Position numbers and translations under genes: made by a program
From: Sphingomonas sp. 28-63-12
GTDB lineage: Bacteria > Pseudomonadota > Alphaproteobacteria > Sphingomonadales > Sphingomonadaceae
DNA length: 64,000 bases
Reading direction: 5' to 3' (one strand)
Assembly (NCBI RefSeq): GCF_002281535.1
Contig: NZ_NCGD01000006.1
The notes under the pieces: generated by a model
The model's input: only the letters and a program-made list of their open reading frames with translations
Database searches by the model: none
What the model was told of the DNA's origin: nothing
In this document: positions 34,609 to 43,821 of the stretch, piece by piece
Layout of the letters: every line of letters begins with the position of its first letter
Numbering within the stretch: the first letter of the stretch is position 1

Positions 34609-35712
34609 ATGAACACTGATGTCAGCTCTCTTTTCACGCCGATCGTTATAAACGGCCATACCATAAAGAACCGCCTGTCAGTTGCGCCGATGACGCGGGT
34701 CACCGCGACCGAGGCCGGCCGGGCAACTGAGACGATGACCCGCTACTATGAGCGTTTCGCGCGGGGTGGATTCGGGGTGGTCAGCACCGAAGGCATTTAC
34801 ACCGATCAGGCGTTCTCGCAGGGGTACGCCAATCAGCCGGGCATGAGCGACGAAGCGCAGGCCAATGCGTGGAAGCCAGTCGTCAGTGGCATCAAGGCGC
34901 ACGGCGCCCTCGCGATCGCGCAGATCATGCATGCCGGCGCGATCGGCCAAAGCAATCGCTTTCGCGGCGAAACGGTCGGTCCGTCAGCCTTCCAGCCTAA
35001 GGGCGAACAGATGGCGTTTTATGGCGGCAAAGGCCGATATGCTGTGCCAGTTGCGATGACAGAGATGCAGATTGCCGACGCCATCGCCAGCTTTGCCGGT
35101 TCAGCGGGGCGCGCCATCGAGTTGGCAGGATTTGACGCGATCGAAATCCATGGCGCCAATGGTTATCTTCTGGACCAATTTTTGACCGACTACACCAATA
35201 GCCGAGCGGATCAGTGGGGCGGTTCCGTGCAGAACCGGATGCGGCTGGTCGTCGAAACGTTCAAAGCGGTTCGTGCAAGGGTTGGCGCCAAGGTGCCCGT
35301 TGGCGTACGCATCTCGCAAGGTAAGGTGAACGATTACCACCACAAGTGGGCCGGCGCGGAGCGTGACGCCGAAATCATCTTCGGTGGTCTAGCCGATGCG
35401 GGTGCCGACTTCATCCATGTGACCGAGTTCGAAGCATGGCGGCCGGCATTTTCTCCATCCGGCTCATCCCTCATGAATCTGGCCAAGCGTCACGCTCCAA
35501 AAGTAGCGATTCTTGCCAATGGCAGTCTTCACAATATTGAGCAGGCGGTGGCCGCGCTGAACGACGGTGCAGATATCGTAACTATCGCCCGTGGAGCCCT
35601 GGCGAATCCCGACTTGCCAAAGCGGTTGTTCGAACGAAACCTTCTCAAAGAATTCGATCCGACAATCCTTGGTCCTATCGCTAACATCAAGGAATCAGAG
35701 CTTTCCTTGTAA
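34609..35712 (+). CDS. NADH:flavin oxidoreductase (Old Yellow Enzyme family)
   Basis: GGAGG lies 8 nt before ATG 34609. Motifs include NRLSVAPMTR, HGANGYLLDQF and the ARGALANPDLP C-terminus. Confidence 0.85.
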   Translation: MNTDVSSLFTPIVINGHTIKNRLSVAPMTRVTATEAGRATETMTRYYERFARGGFGVVSTEGIYTDQAFSQGYANQPGMSDEAQANAWKPVVSGIKAHGALAIAQIMHAGAIGQSNRFRGETVGPSAFQPKGEQMAFYGGKGRYAVPVAMTEMQIADAIASFAGSAGRAIELAGFDAIEIHGANGYLLDQFLTDYTNSRADQWGGSVQNRMRLVVETFKAVRARVGAKVPVGVRISQGKVNDYHHKWAGAERDAEIIFGGLADAGADFIHVTEFEAWRPAFSPSGSSLMNLAKRHAPKVAILANGSLHNIEQAVAALNDGADIVTIARGALANPDLPKRLFERNLLKEFDPTILGPIANIKESELSL

Positions 35713-35745
35713 AGCAAGTTTTCTTGTCTTGGGAGGGAGGTCCGT

Positions 35746-36255
35746 ATGAGCATTGAACTAATGATGGACAACGTCACGATATTCTGGATTCAGATACTTA
35801 CGACTGTCATCGTCCTCACGCTCATCGCGGTGTGGTACGTTTGGCCAGCGCTTATCAGGGTTTCCCGCAATTCGGCGCTAATTATTCTTCTCTTTGTGCA
35901 CGTGTTTCGATATTTGGGCATGACACTGCTGGTTAAGGGTATGGTCGACCCGAACCTGCCGGGTGCCTTCCTTTCTAGCGCGGCATACGGCGATCTCCTG
36001 GCCGCAGCGCTTGCCCTAGCGTCAATCTTTGCCCTTCGAGGCAACTGGCGTTTTGCCGTACCCTTGGTGTGGGCCTTCAGCCTGTGGGGATTGGTGGACC
36101 TGCTGAACGGGTTGCGCAGCACCTTCGCGCTGAATGTCCCAAGCTTCAACCTCGACACGCTTTGGTACATCTACGTCTTTTACGGTCCCTTGGTGATCGT
36201 TTCACAATTGATGATTTTTTGGATTTTGATCAAATCCAAATCCTGGAAGATATGA
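35746..36255 (+). CDS. Hypothetical 4-5 TM membrane protein (paralogue A)
   Basis: GGGAGGGAGG SD; low GC relative to neighbours; about two-thirds identical to the next ORF by manual alignment. Confidence 0.6.
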   Translation: MSIELMMDNVTIFWIQILTTVIVLTLIAVWYVWPALIRVSRNSALIILLFVHVFRYLGMTLLVKGMVDPNLPGAFLSSAAYGDLLAAALALASIFALRGNWRFAVPLVWAFSLWGLVDLLNGLRSTFALNVPSFNLDTLWYIYVFYGPLVIVSQLMIFWILIKSKSWKI

Positions 36256-36330
36256 GGATTAACACTTTGCCATAGTTACTACGGTACAACAAGGTTCAGT
36301 AATGACCTTAAAATTAGGAGGAGTAGGATA

Positions 36331-36822
36331 GTGGAAAACGTCCCGATATTCTGGATGCAGATTCTAACGAGTGCGTTTGTCCTCACGCTGGTTGCAGTCT
36401 GGTACGTTTGGCCGTCGCTAGTAAAAACTTCCCGCGATTCCGCTCTAACTATACTGCTCTTTGTTAATGTGCCCCGCTATGTGGGAATGACCTTGCTGGT
36501 CACAGGCATGGTCGATCCGAACTTGCCAAGGGGGTTTCTTCTCGGCGCAGCCTACGGCGATCTCGTGGAAGCAGCGATGGCCCTTGTCTGCATCTTCGCT
36601 TTGCGGAGCGGCTGGAAACTCGCCATTCCGCTGGTGTGGGTAACTAATAGCTGGGGATTCCTTGACCTTCTGAATGGACTGCGCGGCGTCTTGAACTTGA
36701 ATGTTCCAAGCTTCAACCTCGCCACATTCTGGTATGTCTATACCTTCTACGCCCCACTGGTGCTCGTCTCGCATCTGATGATTTTCTGGATCCTGATCAA
36801 GCCAAGAACTTGGAAGAGATAG
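36331..36822 (+). CDS. Hypothetical 4-5 TM membrane protein (paralogue B)
   Basis: GGAGGAG SD before GTG 36331; it shares the motifs GMTLLV.GMVDPNLP, AAYGDL, LNVPSFNL and LMIFWILIK with paralogue A. Confidence 0.6.
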   Translation: MENVPIFWMQILTSAFVLTLVAVWYVWPSLVKTSRDSALTILLFVNVPRYVGMTLLVTGMVDPNLPRGFLLGAAYGDLVEAAMALVCIFALRSGWKLAIPLVWVTNSWGFLDLLNGLRGVLNLNVPSFNLATFWYVYTFYAPLVLVSHLMIFWILIKPRTWKR

Positions 36823-36850
36823 ACTTTTTGAGCACGTAGGAGTGATCGAC

Positions 36851-37561
36851 ATGGCAGAACGACAAACAGCTATCGTCTTCGGCGTCGGACCGGGGCTGGG
36901 ATGGGCGTTGGTGAAGCGCTTTGCGGAAGAGAAAATGCAGGTCGGTGCGGTAGCTCGCAACGCAGCAAAGCTGAATGCACTGATCGGGCCCAGCGACGCC
37001 GGGGGCATCCGCCCTTATGCTGCAGACGTCTCGAACAGCGACGACGTTAACAGCGTCTTCGAAGCGATAGACCGTGATCTCGGAGAACCGGATCTCGTGA
37101 TTTTTAACGCAGGCGCTTTTGAAAAGGCCAACGTCCTCGATATCGATCCCTCCGACTTTGAGCGATGCTGGCGTATCGGCTGCCTCGGCGGCTTGCTCGT
37201 CGGGCAGGCGGCAGCGCGGCGGATGATCAAGCGCGGGCACGGCACGATCATCTTCTCCGGTGCAACGGCCGCACTGCGCGGTAGCGCCGGTTTCGCGAAC
37301 CTAGCCGTTCCGAAGTTCGGCCTGCGCGCACTCGCCCAGAGCATGGCTCGCGAGCTGGGACCCCAAGGCATCCATATCGGCTTCGTGATCATTGACGGGC
37401 AGATTGAGTCCGAACGCTATCAAAATCTCATTGACGAGCGTGGCGCGGACTCCCTCCTCGCGCCGGACGCGATTGCCGAGCTTTATCTGCAGTTGCACCG
37501 GCAGCCCCGCAGCGCCTGGTCGCACGAGATGGATGTTCGTCCGTGGTCGGAGAAATTCTAG
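36851..37561 (+). CDS. SDR-family oxidoreductase
   Basis: AGGAG lies 8 nt before ATG 36851. The Rossmann start is AIVFGVGPGLG, with the SG.AALRG..A..Y..K catalytic region. Confidence 0.85.
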   Translation: MAERQTAIVFGVGPGLGWALVKRFAEEKMQVGAVARNAAKLNALIGPSDAGGIRPYAADVSNSDDVNSVFEAIDRDLGEPDLVIFNAGAFEKANVLDIDPSDFERCWRIGCLGGLLVGQAAARRMIKRGHGTIIFSGATAALRGSAGFANLAVPKFGLRALAQSMARELGPQGIHIGFVIIDGQIESERYQNLIDERGADSLLAPDAIAELYLQLHRQPRSAWSHEMDVRPWSEKF

Positions 37562-37591
37562 GAGGCTACGGCCTCCGATCGTTGCTGCAGG

Positions 37592-38479
37592 CTATTGTCT
37601 CGAGAAGGTCTCGGAAAACCAGCTGACGAAGGCTTGCGCTTTCGCGGTAGGCAGCCGTCCGCTCGGATGGAGAGCCCACAAATCGGCGCTTGGGAGCTTC
37701 CATTCGGTCAGCACCGGCACGACGATTCCCTTGGCGAGCTCGGGCTCCATCATCCAGCGCGAGCTTATCGCGAGGCCAAGCCCTCCGATCACCGCTTCCC
37801 GCACCCCCTCGGCCGCGCTGAACGAGAGCCGGGTGGGAATGCGCACCGACGTATCCGCGGTCCCACAGCGGAAGCGCCACTCCTCAGCTACCAGCCCCTG
37901 CGTGTAGACAATCGCGGTGTGCGCGAGCAGGTCGATCGGCGTGGCAGGCGTCCCCATGCGGTCAAGATAGGCGGGGCTGGCGACCACGTAGCGATCGCAG
38001 GTGGCGAGCCTGCGGGCCGTCAGACTCGAATCCGATAGCTCGCCTGCGCGCAGCGCGACGTCGATGTTCTCCTCCAGTAGGTCGACGTAGCGATCGTCCA
38101 TGACGAGATCGAGGCTGAGGTTGGGATGCGCCTCCATGAACGCCCCGATGCGCGGCACGACGTGTAGCCTCGCGAAGGTGACGGACGAGCAGACCCGTAG
38201 CCGGCCCTCGAGGCCCGAACCTTCACCCCGCGCCGCGCTGTCGGCCTCGTCGGCTTCGCTCAATGTCCGCCGCGCCCGTTCATAGAAAGCATGTCCCGCC
38301 TCAGACGGGTGGAGGTGACGGGTCGAACGAACGAGGAGGCGAACTTGGAGCCGATCCTCCAGCGCCGCAATTAGCTTCGAGACGGCGGGCTGACCGATTC
38401 GCAGATCGCGCGCGGCCGCAGAGAAGGACCCTGTCTCCACGACCCGAACGAAGACCTCCATCGCGTGCAGTCGGTCCAT
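37592..38479 (-). CDS. LysR-family transcriptional regulator
   Basis: The start is taken at MDRLHAMEVFVRVVETGSFSAAARDLRIGQPAVSKLIAALE. The ORF is open to 38599. Confidence 0.85.
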   Translation of the reverse strand: MDRLHAMEVFVRVVETGSFSAAARDLRIGQPAVSKLIAALEDRLQVRLLVRSTRHLHPSEAGHAFYERARRTLSEADEADSAARGEGSGLEGRLRVCSSVTFARLHVVPRIGAFMEAHPNLSLDLVMDDRYVDLLEENIDVALRAGELSDSSLTARRLATCDRYVVASPAYLDRMGTPATPIDLLAHTAIVYTQGLVAEEWRFRCGTADTSVRIPTRLSFSAAEGVREAVIGGLGLAISSRWMMEPELAKGIVVPVLTEWKLPSADLWALHPSGRLPTAKAQAFVSWFSETFSRQ

Positions 38480-38613
38480 GAGCAGCTCCGAAATATATTC
38501 CTTTGGAGCATAGATCATATCGCCACAGCCCGGCTTCTGGAAGCGCGATGAATGGATCATTTGGGTGGCACGCCAGCAGTGAGGCTGGCTCCGAACCACT
38601 CAGGAGACCGACC

Positions 38614-39192
38614 TTGACCATCAATGGCTTCGAACTGCTCGACACTGCAACCGCCCCCGCCGGATCGTCGGAATTGCTCGACGGCGTGAAGAAGGCTTGG
38701 GGTTTCGTGCCCAATCTCAACCGCGTCCTCGCTGTCAGCCCGGCGGCGCTCGAGGCCTACGCCACGCTCTGGGGCATCGCCGAGAAGACCAGCTTCACGC
38801 CGCAGGAGCGCAACATCGCCTACCTCGCGATCATCTACGAGAACGAGTGCACCTATTGCATGGCCGGCCACACCAATCTGTCGAAGATGGCGAAGGTCGC
38901 CGACGCCGACATCTACGCCATCCGTGAAGGCCGCGAGCTCGACGACCCTAAGCTCGAGGCGCTGCGCAGCTTCGCCGCAAAGTTGACGCGCAACCGTGGC
39001 TTCGTCGGCGAAGCCGATGTCACCGCGTTCAAGGCGGCCGGCTACACCAACCAGTCGGCGCTCGATCTTCTGGTGCTCGCCGCGACCAAGCTGATCTCGA
39101 ACTACACCAACCATCTCGCCGACACGCCGACCGACGACTTCATGAAGGGCGTCGAGTGGGTCGCCCCGGGCCACCTGAAAGCCGACGCGTAA
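38614..39192 (+). CDS. Carboxymuconolactone decarboxylase / AhpD-like family protein
   Basis: It carries the CTYCMAGH CxxC-H motif. The start is uncertain: TTG 38614 has AGGAG 6 nt upstream, and ATG 38545 is an alternative. Confidence 0.75.
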   Translation: MTINGFELLDTATAPAGSSELLDGVKKAWGFVPNLNRVLAVSPAALEAYATLWGIAEKTSFTPQERNIAYLAIIYENECTYCMAGHTNLSKMAKVADADIYAIREGRELDDPKLEALRSFAAKLTRNRGFVGEADVTAFKAAGYTNQSALDLLVLAATKLISNYTNHLADTPTDDFMKGVEWVAPGHLKADA

Positions 39193-39378
39193 CCGCCTTA
39201 CTAGTTGCTCCGAGGGCGCCTTCCCCCTCGCCCTCGGCGCTCCCCTTCGACGGAAATCGACCATGATCCGCAGATTCACCCCGACGCTCGCTGGCCTCTC
39301 CAGCTTCACGTTCACCGCAATCATCCTTCTCGTGTCGAGCCACATCTGAACCGGCAGCAACTGCCGAAGGGAACTACG

Positions 39379-40041
39379 ATGTCACTCCAAGGCGATCTTC
39401 AAACCCTCGACGCCGACCTCATGACGCAGCTGCCCGCCGCGATCGCGGCCGCAATGTCCCACGCGGACCTCGCTTTAAGTGCCTCGGGCATCCTCGACGC
39501 TGCCCTGAAGGCGGGCGATCACGCTCCGGACTTCGCGTTGACCGATGCACATGGCGGTATGGTGCGGCTATCCCACGTGCTCGCCTCGGGTCCTGTGGTG
39601 CTGAGCTTTTACCGCGGCGGCTGGTGCCCCTATTGCAACCTCGAGCTACGTGCCCTCCAGAACGTGCTGCCCGAATTCGGTGCCGTTGGTGCCACGCTGA
39701 TGGCGGTCTCACCGCAGACCCCGGGCGAATCCCTGAACACCGCCGAAAAGAACGATCTCGCGTTTCCGGTACTGAGCGACACGGGATCGCGCGTCGCGAA
39801 GTCCTTCGGCATCGCGTTCGACCTCGCCGACGACCTGCGCCCGATCTTCACCAGCTTGGGCCAGGCCCTGCCCGACCGCAACGGCGACGACAGCTGGCTA
39901 CTGCCGGTACCTGCTACCTACGTGATCGACCGCGACGGGATCATCGCCTTCGCCCACCTCGATGTCGACTTCCGAAACCGGCTCGAACCGGCGACGATCA
40001 CCGCGACCCTGGCGGCGCTCGCGCGCCACAAAGCGGCTTAG
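39379..40041 (+). CDS. Peroxiredoxin-like (AhpC/TSA, redoxin) family protein
   Basis: From ATG 39379; the FYRGGWCPYCN active-site motif is present. Confidence 0.8.
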   Translation: MSLQGDLQTLDADLMTQLPAAIAAAMSHADLALSASGILDAALKAGDHAPDFALTDAHGGMVRLSHVLASGPVVLSFYRGGWCPYCNLELRALQNVLPEFGAVGATLMAVSPQTPGESLNTAEKNDLAFPVLSDTGSRVAKSFGIAFDLADDLRPIFTSLGQALPDRNGDDSWLLPVPATYVIDRDGIIAFAHLDVDFRNRLEPATITATLAALARHKAA

Positions 40042-40264
40042 CTGTCGCATGACACGCGTTGCATTCAGCCAGGCCCAGAGGCTCTACAGCTTCTCGGAGT
40101 CGATGGTCGCGTCATTGGCGCAGGCCAACATGCCGTACGCAGCCCAGGCCCTTCTTATCCTGCAGATAGCCGAACTGCTCGCCGCCCGCATCCTGGCCAA
40201 TCTCACCGCGCGCGCCTCCCAGTCACTCGTCTACTGAACACTCCCGCCAACACGAGGATACGCC

Positions 40265-40897
40265 ATGATCGACGTCTACGCATTCGCCACACCCAACTCT
40301 GTCAAAGTGCCCATCGCACTCGAGGAGATGGGCCTCGACTACACGCTCCACTCGATTGACATCCGGTCCGGTGGCCAGAAGGATCCGGCCTTTACTGCGC
40401 TGAACCCCAACGGCAAGGTGCCTGTTCTGATCGACCACGAAGCGGATGGCGGTCCGCTCCTGCTGAGCGAGAGCGCGGCGATCCTGATCTATCTCGCCGA
40501 GAAGACCGGGAAGCTCCTACCAAGGTCCGGCGCACCGCGCGCACGGGTGTTCGAGCAGCTCTTCTTCCATGGCACAGCCATGGGACCGGCCTTCGGGAAT
40601 GCCGGCTTCTTCCAGAAGTTCGCGCCGGAACAGATCCCGCTTGCGATCGATCGATTCCTCGGCGAAGCGAACCGCGTGATCGGCGTCCTCGACGCGCTGC
40701 TTGCGACGCAGAGGTTCGTCGCCGGCGACGAGCTCAGCATCGCCGACGTGGCAAACTTCGGCTGGCTGTGGAAGCGCGAGTTCGTCGGCATCAACTTCGA
40801 CGCGACCCCCAACTTGGCACGCTGGTTCGGCGAGCTCGACGCCCGTCCGACCTTCCAGATGGCTATCGCGAAGACCGAAGCACTTGCGGCTGGCTAG
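40265..40897 (+). CDS. Glutathione S-transferase
   Basis: 210 aa; PNSVKV..NPNGKVPVL..SESAAILIYLAEK N-terminal thioredoxin-like domain. Confidence 0.85.
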   Translation: MIDVYAFATPNSVKVPIALEEMGLDYTLHSIDIRSGGQKDPAFTALNPNGKVPVLIDHEADGGPLLLSESAAILIYLAEKTGKLLPRSGAPRARVFEQLFFHGTAMGPAFGNAGFFQKFAPEQIPLAIDRFLGEANRVIGVLDALLATQRFVAGDELSIADVANFGWLWKREFVGINFDATPNLARWFGELDARPTFQMAIAKTEALAAG

Positions 40898-40963
40898 CGC
40901 TGCATCACCAGACCGCCGATACGCGACGCAATGCCGCGACACATTTTATACCAGGAGTGCATC

Positions 40964-41839
40964 ATGTCCGATCAGCAGGAATACACCCCGCCCAAAGTCT
41001 GGGTGTGGGACAAGCCCAACGGTGGGCAGTTCGCGTCCATCAACCGCCCGGTCGCCGGCGCGACCCACGACAAGGACCTGCCGGTAGGCGAGCATCCGCT
41101 GCAACTCTACTCACTCGCCACGCCGAACGGTCAGAAGGTGACGATCCTTCTCGAGGAGTTGCTGGCGCTAGGGCGCACGGGCGCCGAGTACGACGCCTGG
41201 GCGATCCGCATCGAGCAGGGGGACCAGTTCGGGAGCGGCTTCGTCGAGATCAATCCCAACTCCAAGATCCCGGCGCTGCGCGACCGATCGGGACCCACGC
41301 CGATCCGCGTCTTCGAGTCCGGTGCCATCCTGACCTACTTGGCCGAGAAGTTCGGCGCCTTCCTGCCGACCGAGCCGGCCAAGCGCGCGGAAACCCTGTC
41401 GTGGCTCTTTTGGCAGATGGGCAGCGCGCCTTATCTCGGCGGCGGCTTCGGCCATTTCTACGCCTATGCGCCGACCAAGATCGAATATGCGATCGACCGG
41501 TTCGCGATGGAAACCAAGCGCCAATATGACGTGCTTGATCGCCGTCTCGCCGAGACCCCGTATCTGGCGGGCGACGATTACACGATCGCGGATATCGCGG
41601 CATGGTGTTGGTATGGGAATGTCGCGCTCGGTCGGCTCTACGGGAACGCGGCGGAATTTCTGGCGCTCCACGAATATGCCAACGTCCAGCGCTGGGTGGC
41701 AGCCATCGCCGATCGCCCGGCCGTGAAGCGTGGGCGAATGGTCAACCGCGTTAGCGGTGAACTGTCGGAGCAATTGCACGAACGCCACAATGCCAGCGAC
41801 TTCGACTTGCGCACGCAGGACAAGATCCACGTTCCCTGA
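40964..41839 (+). CDS. yghU: Nu-class glutathione S-transferase (YghU-like)
   Basis: From ATG 40964 with an AGGAG SD. HPLQLYSLATPNGQKVTILLEEL..INPNSKIPAL..ESGAILTYLAEKFG matches the YghU/YfcG pattern. Confidence 0.8.
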   Translation: MSDQQEYTPPKVWVWDKPNGGQFASINRPVAGATHDKDLPVGEHPLQLYSLATPNGQKVTILLEELLALGRTGAEYDAWAIRIEQGDQFGSGFVEINPNSKIPALRDRSGPTPIRVFESGAILTYLAEKFGAFLPTEPAKRAETLSWLFWQMGSAPYLGGGFGHFYAYAPTKIEYAIDRFAMETKRQYDVLDRRLAETPYLAGDDYTIADIAAWCWYGNVALGRLYGNAAEFLALHEYANVQRWVAAIADRPAVKRGRMVNRVSGELSEQLHERHNASDFDLRTQDKIHVP

Positions 41840-42434
41840 TGGCCTGGCGTCGAAATCAGGCTATATCACTAAGCGCCACGGTTTCTAAATGCTTGGCGTG
41901 ACTGACATCGCGTCACCTTCTACGCTCTCTAGCAATCAACTGGCGGGAGCGCCCGGTGTAAAAAGGGCTACCGGAAGCCGACTTCGGGCAGGAGTTACGC
42001 AACGACGGCAGCTGCGCTACGTCCTTACCAAGACCGTCGGCGGCACGGCCGAGGATTTGCCGAATGTTCGGCCGAGCTGGCGTCGCGAATTTCTGTCGCT
42101 GCAAACCTGGCGCGCCAAGGACGACCACATCTCCAAAACCTTAGATAGTCTGCTCATGTTCCTGCTTCAGGATTTCGGCTATCGCGGCTCCATAGGTCTT
42201 TACATGACAGGATCCCGACGTGGCGCGCTAGCGCTCTCTCCGAGAGCGCTGGGTCGGATCGCAACAACTCAGCTTAAGCAAGCGCAGGGCTGGGCTTCGT
42301 CTACCTATCCAACAGACTGCGAACGGCTCGTAACAGGGATCGCTTTGTGGAGAGGGATTGTTGCCGGCCGCGCTGCGCTAATTCGTTGAGGCGGCCCTCT
42401 GCCACCGCCTACTATGAGAATGCAATTCTTTGAA

Positions 42435-42511
42435 TGGCGCACCCGACAGGATTCGAACCTGTGGCCTTCGCCTTCGGAGGGCGACGCTCTATCCAGCTGA
42501 GCTACGGGTGC
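42435..42511 (-). tRNA. tRNA-Arg (anticodon CCG), CCA encoded
   Basis: Hand-folded 77 nt: GCACCCG-TA-GCTC-AGCTGGATA-GAGC-G-TCGCC-CTCCGAA-GGCGA-AGGCC-ACAGG-TTCGAAT-CCTGT-CGGGTGC-G-CCA. All stems are Watson-Crick paired. Confidence 0.9.
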
Positions 42512-42633
42512 CAATGCTTCCACGGTGCTTACGCGGAAATTCTGAGAGTGGGAAGGCTGCGCCGAATTAGCCTTTAATTCCTTGAAAATAGAACCTTTTC
42601 TAACTTCCTTTTCTACCCCAACCAACTTGACAC

Positions 42634-42677
<44 letters not shown>

Positions 42678-42734
42678 CTAGAGAGCTTCGCCTAGCAAAG
42701 CCTTGCAGGCGACGCCAGATTTTTTGCAGCGTCG

Positions 42735-43139
42735 CTATTTTTCGGGCGGAGCGAGGGTGACCGGCTGGAAAGGGCCGAGCGGACAGCGCGCGCCGCTCGA
42801 GATCGGGCTGGTATACAACACGGTGATAATGTCGCTGGCGCACAGCCGATCGAGCGAGGTCGAATAGCCGAAGCGTTCTTCAAATCCGAGCCCGGGGCAG
42901 CCGCCCGGGATCGTCACGCGATAGATTTTGCCGCCCAGCATCTTGAAATCGATCACCGAATCGCTGCGCACCAGCGATTCACGGATCTGCCGGTGCGGGA
43001 TGCAGAATTCGGCTTTGCCGGCTGGCGTCGCGACCGGCACGGCGCGACGATTGCGGGCGCTGCCCGGATTGATCGACAGCGCGATCCCCACGCCGATCGA
43101 GAGGGCCGCCGCGGTGACGGCAATAAGCGGACGTCGCAT
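42735..43139 (-). CDS. Hypothetical exported Cys-containing protein (possibly DUF6491-like)
   Basis: The start is taken at MRRPLIAVTAAALSIG (signal peptide). The ORF is open to 43268. Confidence 0.5.
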   Translation of the reverse strand: MRRPLIAVTAAALSIGVGIALSINPGSARNRRAVPVATPAGKAEFCIPHRQIRESLVRSDSVIDFKMLGGKIYRVTIPGGCPGLGFEERFGYSTSLDRLCASDIITVLYTSPISSGARCPLGPFQPVTLAPPEK

Positions 43140-43143
43140 CGGA

Positions 43144-43821
43144 TTACTCCTTGTCCACCGGCCCTGCCGCCGATGCCCGTTGGCGGGGCACCGTCGTCTT
43201 GGCCTTGAACGCACACAGATCACTGACCCCGCACCGCCAGCATTCGGGGGTACGGGCCTTGCAGACATATCGACCGTGCAGGATTAACCAGTGATGAGCG
43301 TGCAGCCGAAACGGCTGGGGCGTTGCCTTGTCGAGCTTTTTCTCCACCGCCAGCGGCGTCTTGCCAGGCGCCAGCCCGGTGCGGTTGCCAACCCGGAAGA
43401 TATGCGTGTCGACCGCAAAGGTCTCGGCACCGAACGCCACGTTCATCACGACATTGGCGGTCTTGCGGCCAACGCCCGGCAGCCTTTCCAGCGCATCGCG
43501 GTCCGCCGGCACCTGGCTGCCATGATCGGCGATCAGCGCGGCTGACAAGGCGATGACGTTCTTCGCCTTGGTATTGAACAGGCCGATCGTCTTGATGTGA
43601 TCCTTAAGGCCCGCTTCGCCGAGGGCCAGCATCGCTTCGGGCGTCTTGACGCTCTCGAACAGCAGCCGCGTTGCCTTGTTCACCCCGATATCCGTGGCCT
43701 GGGCGGACAGCACCACCGCGACCAGCAACTGATAGGCATTGCCCGATTCGAGTTCGGTTTCGGGATGCGGGTTATCGGCGGCAAGCCGCGCGTAAAAGTC
43801 GACAATATCGGCTTTTTTCAA
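43144..43821 (-). CDS. nth: Endonuclease III
   Basis: HhH-GPD motifs (LPGVGRKTANVV) and the C-terminal 4Fe-4S cluster C-x6-C-x2-C-x5-C. The TTG start overlaps the dapB stop. Confidence 0.85.
   Translation of the reverse strand: MKKADIVDFYARLAADNPHPETELESGNAYQLLVAVVLSAQATDIGVNKATRLLFESVKTPEAMLALGEAGLKDHIKTIGLFNTKAKNVIALSAALIADHGSQVPADRDALERLPGVGRKTANVVMNVAFGAETFAVDTHIFRVGNRTGLAPGKTPLAVEKKLDKATPQPFRLHAHHWLILHGRYVCKARTPECWRCGVSDLCAFKAKTTVPRQRASAAGPVDKE

Larger units (their letters stand above)
1..42434. mobile_element. Integrative conjugative element, partial (left end outside window): maintenance/relaxase/TraG/Trb P-type T4SS backbone (1-27516) plus ~15 kb cargo reaching tRNA-Arg
   Basis: Contiguous, mostly co-directional and translationally coupled conjugation and maintenance genes. 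Heterogeneous-GC accessory genes follow and end about 0.6 kb from a tRNA gene. No integrase or att direct repeat is visible in the window, so both ends are inferred. Confidence 0.7.

Noticed and set aside
39263-39349. 28-aa hydrophobic mini-ORF (MIRRFTPTLAGLSSFTFTAIILLVSSHI) between the AhpD-like and peroxiredoxin-like genes
   Set aside because: It has only a weak GGAAA upstream and nothing to indicate conservation, so it could be chance. I mention it only as a possibility.
41889-42389. 166-aa plus-strand ORF and 71-aa minus-strand ORF next to the tRNA, considered as an integrase remnant
   Set aside because: I translated all reverse frames by hand. No tyrosine-recombinase motifs (R..H..R..Y region or the N-terminal SAM-like segment) appear, and there is no SD. 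I treat the interval as non-coding.
42305-42625. 106-aa minus-strand ORF
   Set aside because: It runs straight through the tRNA-Arg gene and the AT-rich spacer, so it is not coding.
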